Shown in pieces: positions 56,875 through 64,000 of a DNA stretch of 64,000 bases (position 1 is its first letter; each line of letters opens with the position of its first letter). Position numbers and translations under genes: made by a program. The stretch spans positions 72,353-136,352 of the forward strand of contig JBEULL010000004.1 in assembly GCA_041287365.1 (NCBI GenBank), written 5' to 3'. Below the pieces are notes generated by a model. The model did not search any database. It was given only the letters and a program-made list of their open reading frames with translations, and had not been told where the DNA came from. The stretch is from Dissulfuribacterales bacterium. Lineage in GTDB: Bacteria > Desulfobacterota > Dissulfuribacteria > Dissulfuribacterales > DYLC01.

Positions 56875-57816
56875 ATGACGTTCGAAAAACAGACTGTAAG
56901 GTCATCGAGGACCTTAAAATTCCTTTTAAGGGTGTGTATCAGCCTGTGCATCCTGATATTTTTTTTGTATCGCTCCGACATTCCCACCATCAAACAGCTC
57001 TTGAGAGGCGTGCATTGGACAGTCTGGTGCGAGGGGATTTTCATGTATCTTCTGGCCCAGGTGCTGAGCACTCAGCGCTGGCGTTATCTGGCCCATGTCA
57101 TGGGTTTCTCAGGCGGCTTTTTCCATTTTTTGACCATGTATTTTACAGGCATGTTCGCCAATCTTTTTTTGCCGAGCAGTGTGGGCGGAGACGCCGTGCG
57201 TGTCATTTTGCTGGCCAGACGGTTTCGGGATGTCAAAGGCATCATGAGCGTGTTGCTGGATCGCGGAATAGGCCTGTTTGCCATGTTGCTGCTGGCCGCC
57301 TTTTTCAGCCTGATGCCTGTTGTGAATCTTTCGGTTCCATTGCATTTTTTTCTCTGGTCATCCGTAAGTTTTTTGATGTTCGGAGCGATAACTTTTCCAT
57401 TGTTGTTCAGTCACTTATCAAAACGATATCCTGGGCGCTGGTCCGGTCTGACAGAATATCTTTCTCCGCTCTTGCTGCTTTATACCTCCAAGGCAGCCTG
57501 GTTTTGGTGCTTTTTCATCTCATTGATGATTCAGCTGTTGGGTTTTCTGATAGGTTTTGTATTTACGTCGGCCCTGCATATGCCATTGACCTTCAGTCAG
57601 CTTGTGGTGTCCATCAGTCTGGTGACCGTGTTGTCCCTATTGCCTGTTAGCCTGAACGGTCTCGGACTTCGCGAGGGTGGGTTGGTATATCTCCTATCCA
57701 TGTGGGGCATCCCTCAGGAACAGGCCTTGGCGCTTGGATTGTTTTTGTTTGGCGTGCAGTGTGTATGCAGTCTGCTTGGTGCTTTTTTTTATGTATTTGC
57801 ATGGAAAGGCCATTAA
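56875..57816 (+). CDS. Flippase-like / LPG-synthase-TM (UPF0104) family integral membrane protein
   Basis: Polytopic membrane protein with the block PSSVGGDAVRV typical of this family. 313 aa. Confidence 0.65.
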   Translation: MTFEKQTVRSSRTLKFLLRVCISLCILIFFLYRSDIPTIKQLLRGVHWTVWCEGIFMYLLAQVLSTQRWRYLAHVMGFSGGFFHFLTMYFTGMFANLFLPSSVGGDAVRVILLARRFRDVKGIMSVLLDRGIGLFAMLLLAAFFSLMPVVNLSVPLHFFLWSSVSFLMFGAITFPLLFSHLSKRYPGRWSGLTEYLSPLLLLYTSKAAWFWCFFISLMIQLLGFLIGFVFTSALHMPLTFSQLVVSISLVTVLSLLPVSLNGLGLREGGLVYLLSMWGIPQEQALALGLFLFGVQCVCSLLGAFFYVFAWKGH

Positions 57817-57889
57817 CAACAGTGCAGCCGGCGAGTTTTTGTTACGGCAGCGGGATTGTGCCACTCACTGCGATCGCGGAGAGGGATAT

Positions 57890-59398
57890 ATGACGTATAA
57901 TAGATTGTCGGCTCAAGGTTTCCAGTGGCCGGTATTTGTTTTTTTGTTCCTGTTGCTGGTCTTTAAAATCCTTTTCATCGTATTCGCACCTTTGGAACTG
58001 TCGCCGGATGAGGCGTATTACTGGGATTGGTCCAGGCACCTGGAGTGGGGTTATTACAGCAAGCCGCCCATGGTGGCATGGCTCATAGCGCTTTTCACGA
58101 AGTTGTTCGGGAACAGTGAAACAGGCGTGAGACTGCCTGCAGCGCTTCTGAGTGTCACGGGTTTTTGGTTTGTGTATAAACTGGCAAGGGAATTTTATTC
58201 CGAACGTGCGGCCAAATGGACGCTGCTGGCTGCCATTGCCGCTCCAGGCTCGGTGGCCATGTCATTTATCATGACCATAGACGCGCCGCTTATCTGCTTC
58301 TGGAGTATAGGGCTTTATGTCTTCTGGAGGGCGTTACAATCGTCCGGTTATGCATGGTGGCTTTTGACCGGCATTGTGGTGGGGTTTGGCCTGCTCAGCA
58401 AGCAAACCATGGTGGCCTTTGGTGTGTGCGCCTTTCTTTTTATGGTGTTTAGTCGGTATAGACGGCTTCTCTTGACGCCCATGCCATATCTGGCCGCGAG
58501 TATCTCTTTTTTGATGCTGCTGCCCACATTGTGGTGGAATTATCATCATGACTGGATCACTTTTCAGCATACAGCACATCACTTCGAAGGCCTGAAGCAG
58601 CCTCGTGTATTTGACATGATGGGCATGCTCGGCCTGCTCGGCACACAAATCGCCATCATGTCACCAACTGTAGGAACTTTAGCCGTTCTGGCCGCCACTA
58701 AAATGGCCGTTGCATGGAAGGGCCTGCGTACGGAGGAGCGCTATCTGTTCTTCTTCGGCCCTCTGCCGTTTTTTCTGACCATGCTGCTTGCATTGCGGCA
58801 GGATGTGAACGCCAACTGGCCCGCCCCTTTTTGTTTGACCTTTTTTCTGCTGCTTGCGAGTGAGTGGGATAGGGGATATGCCGGAGTGTCAGATCGTTTC
58901 AGGTCATGGTTTAGGCCGTCTGTGGTCATTGGAGTCGTGCTTGCCGTAATTATACAGGCAGCACCTTTACTATTGTCAGCCAGTGCCTATTCAGGCGGCA
59001 AATGGGACATGACGGCCCGGCTTAAGGGATGGAAGGCTCTGGCCCAAGAGGTGCATAGAAGATTGGCTGTGATACAAGGAGAGTCTCCTTTTCTGATTTC
59101 CAATAGAAGACAGATTGTCAGCAGCCTTGCCTTCTATCTGCCCGACCAGCCCCATGTGCTCTGCTGGCCCGAACCCGGCAGAATCAGAAATCAATACGAC
59201 CTCTGGCCTGCATTTGCGGACAAGAAAGGCCGCAGTGCGCTCATCGTCATTGAACACAAGGACCCTGTCCCTTCTAGTATGACGCAGTCCTTCGATGAGC
59301 TCTTGGAATTGCCGGATATAGAAATTCCCTTGGGGCAACAAACAAGGCATTATCGAGTCCTGTATGGAAGGGGATTCCATTTAGCGGAAGCCCCTTGA
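57890..59398 (+). CDS. ArnT/PMT_2-like family 39 glycosyltransferase
   Basis: N-terminal ELSPDEAYYWDWSRHLEWGYYSKPPMVAW motif and a multi-TM N-domain. Start ATG 57890 follows GAGGG. The ORF-track extension overlaps the upstream gene. Confidence 0.8.
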   Translation: MTYNRLSAQGFQWPVFVFLFLLLVFKILFIVFAPLELSPDEAYYWDWSRHLEWGYYSKPPMVAWLIALFTKLFGNSETGVRLPAALLSVTGFWFVYKLAREFYSERAAKWTLLAAIAAPGSVAMSFIMTIDAPLICFWSIGLYVFWRALQSSGYAWWLLTGIVVGFGLLSKQTMVAFGVCAFLFMVFSRYRRLLLTPMPYLAASISFLMLLPTLWWNYHHDWITFQHTAHHFEGLKQPRVFDMMGMLGLLGTQIAIMSPTVGTLAVLAATKMAVAWKGLRTEERYLFFFGPLPFFLTMLLALRQDVNANWPAPFCLTFFLLLASEWDRGYAGVSDRFRSWFRPSVVIGVVLAVIIQAAPLLLSASAYSGGKWDMTARLKGWKALAQEVHRRLAVIQGESPFLISNRRQIVSSLAFYLPDQPHVLCWPEPGRIRNQYDLWPAFADKKGRSALIVIEHKDPVPSSMTQSFDELLELPDIEIPLGQQTRHYRVLYGRGFHLAEAP

Positions 59399-59530
59399 TT
59401 TGATGCCAGAAACGGTCTTCGGCATCGGCGTATCTCCTTTCTTCAGGGTGTAATGCCTCAATAGTTTTTTATCATCAAGTTTTTGTGCGTTTTTCCACTT
59501 GCATGTCCAGCTAAATAGCGATATCTTTGC

Positions 59531-59556
59531 AATTACTGAATACGTATTCAGTAATT
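59531..59556. promoter_or_regulatory. Perfect 26-bp palindrome, probable TetR-family operator
   Basis: AATTACTGAATAC|GTATTCAGTAATT lies 32 bp upstream of the TetR gene start. Confidence 0.6.
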
Positions 59557-59587
59557 TCGTTTTTTTTATGAAGTGATGAGTTAGCTT

Positions 59588-60235
59588 ATGAAAATAGCCG
59601 ATAAACATTCAAAAATACTTCAGGCATCCATAAAGGTGTTTGCCCAGAAAGGTTTTTACAATGCGCGTATTTCCGAGATCGCTCAGGAAGCTAATGTGGC
59701 GGACGGCACCATTTATCTCTATTTCAATAATAAGTATGATATATTAATAACAATTTTTGAGGAAGAGATAGGAAAGATTATAGCAAAGGTCAAACAGGAG
59801 TTGGCTAATGTGGATGATCCTGCCGAGAAGTTGTATAAATTTGCCTTGATACATTTGAATATTGTCGAAGAGAATCAGGACCTGGCCGAGATCATTCAGG
59901 TGGAACTGCGACAGAGCAGCAAATTCATAAAGGAATACCGAAACAAAAAATTCGCTGAATATCTGAATATTATTTCACAGATAGTGCGACACGGTCAGGC
60001 TGCCGGAGTTTTTCGTCAGGATGTGATGCCTGGCATCTTCAAGCGGGCCTTTTTTGGGGCATTGGATGAGATGTCACGCTTCTGGCTGTTGTCCAGTAAA
60101 AAGAAATATACAGTGCATCTTGCTGCGAGGCAGATCAGCGATTTCTTTTTACAGGGCATTTCCAATCGAACATCTGCCATGACTTGTGACGATAGTGTCT
60201 CCCACAAGCTCGTTTCCGAGGCAGTTACGGTATAA
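59588..60235 (+). CDS. TetR/AcrR-family transcriptional regulator (FadR/YsiA-like)
   Basis: N-terminal HTH FAQKGFYNARISEIAQEANVADGTIYLYFNNK. 215 aa. Confidence 0.85.
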   Translation: MKIADKHSKILQASIKVFAQKGFYNARISEIAQEANVADGTIYLYFNNKYDILITIFEEEIGKIIAKVKQELANVDDPAEKLYKFALIHLNIVEENQDLAEIIQVELRQSSKFIKEYRNKKFAEYLNIISQIVRHGQAAGVFRQDVMPGIFKRAFFGALDEMSRFWLLSSKKKYTVHLAARQISDFFLQGISNRTSAMTCDDSVSHKLVSEAVTV

Positions 60236-60336
60236 GTCAGGCATACAGAGCATGCCCTTTTCTGGCCTGGCCGAAACTGGCCTGGCCTGTACTGCCTCTG
60301 GCCCGTTATGGTCTGAATGCCGCTGGGCAGACTTGT

Positions 60337-62976
60337 TTATAATGCTCGCCGCACAATATCTTCCAGCTTGCCCAATGCCTCCGGTAACCTGTCTTTCAGC
60401 GGGCCACCTGCCTGGGCCATGTCAGGTCTACCGCCGCCTTTTCCGCCGATGACTTCAGCCATGGAACAAATAATGTCTCCTGCCTTAAGGCGTTCCGTCA
60501 GGTCCTTGCTTACAAATACGGTCAGAAATGCCTTGTCGTCGGCCCTGGCTCCAAGTGCAGCCACGCCTGTTCCGATTCGTTCCCTGAATCTGTCCACCAG
60601 TGCCCGCAGCACTCGGGGATCCGCTCCCTGTACCTCCACAGACAGCAGGTTTATTCCATGAATTTGAGGCATGTTTTTCAATGCGTTTTCAATTTCATGC
60701 CCTATTTCTTTACTGGCAGAGGCGGATTGTTTTTTCTCCAAATCCTTTATACGTTCCTTCAGGCGTTCGATTCGATCAGTCACCTCCGAAATAGGAGCCT
60801 TTAGAGCACAGGCGGCCTTATGCAGCATGTCTTCCATGGAGTGCAGCCATGCGATGGCATTCCTGCCTGTGACGGCCTCTATGCGTCTCACTCCGGAGGC
60901 CACACTGGCTTCCGCCGTGACCTTGAAGAATCCGATGTCTCCGGTTCTTTTCACATGCGTTCCGCCGCAGAGTTCTTTGCTGATATCGCCTGCCTGTACT
61001 ATGCGCACCATATCCCCGTATTTTTCACCGAAAAGGGCTGTTGCGCCCTGTTGTATGGCATCCTTGTATGGAACGATGCTGGTTTGCACATCCAAATTTC
61101 TTCGAATCGAGGCATTCACCTCATCTTCTATTTCGCGTAGTTCTTTCGCCGACAGCTGGGAAAAGTGATTGAAGTCAAAACGCAGTCTCGAGGGTGAAAC
61201 CAGAGAGCCGGCCTGTTTCACATGGGGTCCCAATATATTTCGAAGCGCAGCGTGCAGCAGATGCGTGGAGGTGTGATTCCTTGCCGTGTCATGGCGTTCC
61301 GATTCATTCACGATGAGCCAGACCATCTCGTTCAGGCCCAGACTGCCTTCGATAACCAGCACATGGTGCAGGGTGTGGTTGTATATGCGTGTGGTATCGA
61401 TTACCGATGCCTTGTCGTTCCTGTGCGAGATAATGCCCGTATCCCCTTGCTGACCGCCTGATTCCGCATAAAACGGGGTTGCGACCGTGACGATAATGCC
61501 TTTATCGCCCGCATTTAGCCTGTCGACGCGTTGCCCGTTTGAGTTCATGATGGCTATTATCTGGGATTCGATGTTCAGGTAGTCGTATCCCAGAAAGACC
61601 GTGGCCGGTATCTCCTTGAGAAACTGCATGGAGGATGTCTGGGGACTGATCGATGAAAATTTTTGTTTCTTTTTGGAACGTTCTCTCTGTTTCTGCATGG
61701 CCTTCTCAAAACCCACCGAATCCAGTACCAATCCCTCTTCTTTGGCTACATCCTGCAGAATATCTATGGGGAATCCGTAGGTGTCATAGAGTTTGAAGGC
61801 AAATTCTCCGGAAATGATGCGATTTTTCCTGAAGTCTTCCAGGCGTTCCTGAAGTAGATTCAGCCCGAAATCCAGGGTTTCGCCGAATCTGATCTCCTCA
61901 CGAGTGACGATCTGGTCCAACCCAGCGCTTTCCTGAATGAGCTCCGGATATACAGTCCCCATATCGTCTATTACGGCCTGAATCACTCTTGCCAAAAAAG
62001 GTTGGTGCAATCCCAGTTCTCTGCCGTAACGAATGGCCCTGCGCATGATGCGGCGCAGGACATAGCCTCTGCCCTCATTGGAGGGGACTATGCCTTCGAT
62101 GCCCAGAAATGCGGTAGTTCTGGCATGGTCTGCTATAACCCGCATGGCCACATCGACTTTGGAATCCATGCCGTATTGTTTGTTGCAGAGTCGAGCAATG
62201 GCATCGATGGGTGCAGCAAACAGGTCTGTGTCGAAGTTGCTGTGTTTGCCCTGTACCACTGCCGTAATGCGTTCCAGCCCCATGCCCGTATCAATGGACT
62301 GTTTGGGTAAAAGGGTCAGAAACCCCTCCTGTGAACGGAAAAACTGCATGAAGACCAGGTTCCAGAGCTCCAAAAAGCGGTCGCAATCGCATCCCACTCG
62401 GCAATCCGGTCTTTTACAGCCAACATCCTCGCCCTGATCTATGAGTATCTCGGAACACGGGCCGCATGGGCCGGTATCTCCCATGGCCCAGAAGTTGTCT
62501 TTTTCTCCGAGACGTACCACACGTTCAGCGGGGATACCGGTGATGGCAGGCCAGAGGGTGGCTGCCTCATCGTCATCCTGAAAGACCGTGACCCAGAGCC
62601 TTTCTTTGGGCAGGCCGATGACCTCTGTGAGGAATTCCCATGCGAAGGCTATGGCCTCCTTTTTGAAGTAGTCGCCGAACGAGAAATTCCCCAGCATTTC
62701 GAAGAAGGTGTGGTGTCGGGCGGTATAGCCGACATTTTCCAGATCGTTGTGCTTGCCTCCTGCCCTTACACATTTCTGGCAGGTGGTGGCCCTGGAGTAA
62801 TGGCGTTTTTCCTCTCCCTGAAATACACGCTTGAACTGCACCATACCTGCATTGGTGAATAGCAGGGTGGGGTCGTTTATAGGGGTCAATGCCGAACTCG
62901 GCACGATCTCATGGCCTTTGGATGCAAAATATTCGAGAAAAAGTCTTCTTATCTCGGCGCCTGCAAGATAACGCAT
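60337..62976 (-). CDS. alaS: Alanine--tRNA ligase
   Basis: Blocks FLEYFASKGHEIVPSS, FTNAGMVQFK, WNLVFMQF, editing-domain HTSTHLLH and C-terminal DHHA1 GGGRPDMAQAGG. Confidence 0.95.
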   Translation of the reverse strand: MRYLAGAEIRRLFLEYFASKGHEIVPSSALTPINDPTLLFTNAGMVQFKRVFQGEEKRHYSRATTCQKCVRAGGKHNDLENVGYTARHHTFFEMLGNFSFGDYFKKEAIAFAWEFLTEVIGLPKERLWVTVFQDDDEAATLWPAITGIPAERVVRLGEKDNFWAMGDTGPCGPCSEILIDQGEDVGCKRPDCRVGCDCDRFLELWNLVFMQFFRSQEGFLTLLPKQSIDTGMGLERITAVVQGKHSNFDTDLFAAPIDAIARLCNKQYGMDSKVDVAMRVIADHARTTAFLGIEGIVPSNEGRGYVLRRIMRRAIRYGRELGLHQPFLARVIQAVIDDMGTVYPELIQESAGLDQIVTREEIRFGETLDFGLNLLQERLEDFRKNRIISGEFAFKLYDTYGFPIDILQDVAKEEGLVLDSVGFEKAMQKQRERSKKKQKFSSISPQTSSMQFLKEIPATVFLGYDYLNIESQIIAIMNSNGQRVDRLNAGDKGIIVTVATPFYAESGGQQGDTGIISHRNDKASVIDTTRIYNHTLHHVLVIEGSLGLNEMVWLIVNESERHDTARNHTSTHLLHAALRNILGPHVKQAGSLVSPSRLRFDFNHFSQLSAKELREIEDEVNASIRRNLDVQTSIVPYKDAIQQGATALFGEKYGDMVRIVQAGDISKELCGGTHVKRTGDIGFFKVTAEASVASGVRRIEAVTGRNAIAWLHSMEDMLHKAACALKAPISEVTDRIERLKERIKDLEKKQSASASKEIGHEIENALKNMPQIHGINLLSVEVQGADPRVLRALVDRFRERIGTGVAALGARADDKAFLTVFVSKDLTERLKAGDIICSMAEVIGGKGGGRPDMAQAGGPLKDRLPEALGKLEDIVRRAL

Positions 62977-63017
62977 ACTGTCGATTCTTCCTTTCCCTTA
63001 TGACCAATGAGTCTTTT

Positions 63018-64000
63018 TTATTCTTCTTCAGGCAGATTTTCCGCTATGGAAAAGGCTATCGGTTTCGTGTTGCAGGTTTCGCGAACCTGCTGTTCTATTT
63101 TGGCCAGGATATCCGAATGGGCCTTGAAGTACTGCCGTACATTCTCCCTGCCCTGTCCCAGCCGTTCTCCCTGATAGGAGTACCATGCCCCGCTTTTGTC
63201 CACAATATTCAGTTCTGTGGCCATGTCCAGAGCGGATGTCTCGCGAGAGATGCCTTCGCCGTAGTAGATGTCGAACGCGGCTTCCCTGAATGGCGGGGCG
63301 ATCTTGTTCTTGACGATCTTGACCTTGGTTCGATTGCCTATGGTGTCCAGCCCTTCTTTCAGCGGTGTGGAGCGCCGAATGTCCATGCGCATGGTGGCAT
63401 AGAATTTCAGCGATACACCGCCTGTGGTGGTTTCAGGATTGGGGCCGTATGCACCGATCTTTACTCGCACCTGATTGATGAAGATCAATGCGGTTTTGGT
63501 GCGGTTGAGGTTTCCGGCCAGTTTGCGCAATGCCTTTGACATGAGTCTGGCCTGAAGACCTACCTGCTGCTCTTCCATATCGCCCTCGATTTCTACCTTG
63601 GGCACCAGAGCAGCTACTGAGTCCAGCACGATCACATCCACTGCCCCGCTTCTCACCAGAGAGTCCACAATTTCCAGGGCCTGTTCCCCGTAATCTGGCT
63701 GGGATACCAGCAATTCGTCTATATTGACTCCCAATTTTCTGGCATAGATGGCATCCAGGGCGTGTTCCGCATCCACGAATGCGGCTATGCCGCCCAATTT
63801 CTGGGCCTCGGCTATTATGTGCAGTGCAAGGGTGGTCTTGCCGGAGGATTCAGGGCCGTATATCTCTGTGATGCGGCCTCGCGGAATGCCTCCGACGCCG
63901 GTGGCCAGATCAATGGTTATGCATCCGGTGGGTATTACGGCTATGTCCTCCACTCCGCTCTTGTCCCCCAGTTTCATTATAGAACCCTGTCCAAACTGCT
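63018..64000 (-). CDS. recA: Recombinase RecA (N-terminus runs off the window end)
   Basis: Walker [10 protein letters not shown] and blocks FVDAEHALD and [11 protein letters not shown]. The frame stays open upstream of Met 63977 (..[12 protein letters not shown]) to base 64000. Confidence 0.95.
   Translation of the reverse strand, partial: QFGQGSIMKLGDKSGVEDIAVIPTGCITIDLATGVGGIPRGRITEIYGPESSGKTTLALHIIAEAQKLGGIAAFVDAEHALDAIYARKLGVNIDELLVSQPDYGEQALEIVDSLVRSGAVDVIVLDSVAALVPKVEIEGDMEEQQVGLQARLMSKALRKLAGNLNRTKTALIFINQVRVKIGAYGPNPETTTGGVSLKFYATMRMDIRRSTPLKEGLDTIGNRTKVKIVKNKIAPPFREAAFDIYYGEGISRETSALDMATELNIVDKSGAWYSYQGERLGQGRENVRQYFKAHSDILAKIEQQVRETCNTKPIAFSIAENLPEEE

Noticed and set aside
56934-57650. 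238-aa plus-strand ORF in an alternative frame of the flippase-like gene
   Set aside because: Its Arg/His-rich translation is not membrane-like. The overlapping frame gives a coherent polytopic membrane protein.
60262-60287. CTGGCCTGGCC occurs twice (60262-60272, 60277-60287) between the convergent TetR and alaS genes
   Set aside because: This is a short low-complexity duplication in a convergent terminator region. No further structure was seen.
1-64000. Looked for CRISPR arrays, tRNA/rRNA genes, transposases, integrases, toxin-antitoxin pairs and defence-island genes
   Set aside because: None were seen. Intergenic regions are short or AT-rich with no cloverleaf-like GC-rich segments. The only direct repeats are the two 38-mers at 32.2 kb, too few and too irregular for a CRISPR array. 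No ORF shows DDE/tyrosine-recombinase, restriction-modification or similar motifs.

Overview
This is a dense chromosomal window of about 55 CDS on both strands. Gene content suggests a Desulfobacterota (deltaproteobacterial) anaerobe: selB, hypCDE-protease-hypA, an MTHFR with a Cys-rich C-terminal domain, a decaheme/porin pair, MglAB and a PEGA-FGE protein. This taxonomic call is an inference. Housekeeping genes include glyS (partial), trmFO, pyrR, pdxA, holB, ricT, metG, selB, ispG, serA, lspA, mazG, alaS and recA (partial). I saw no rRNA, tRNA, CRISPR array, transposase/integrase or phage genes. Four regions stand out. (1) At 41.2-54.4 kb, mglB-mglA, a 502-aa orphan and a TPR-fused GspE/PilB-type ATPase sit back to back with HDOD, three tandem REC+CheB-like genes that appear to lack the catalytic triad, CheY and a CheA with extra His-less Hpt-like repeats. 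No MCP, CheW or CheR is in the window. This is my best candidate for an undescribed polarity or secretion-ATPase control system. (2) At 28.6-32.0 kb lies an MtrA/MtrB(PioAB)-like decaheme-porin pair. The porin gene is split by one in-frame TGA followed by a SECIS-like hairpin, in a genome that encodes SelB. (3) At 4.3-8.6 kb an EF-G paralog, a DUF5335/DUF2934-like protein and a YcaO-TPR form an apparent operon. (4) The intergenic region at 32.1-32.4 kb holds two 38-bp direct repeats and a perfect 16-bp hairpin. All calls rest on manual reading of the ORF translations and the DNA. No database search was run.
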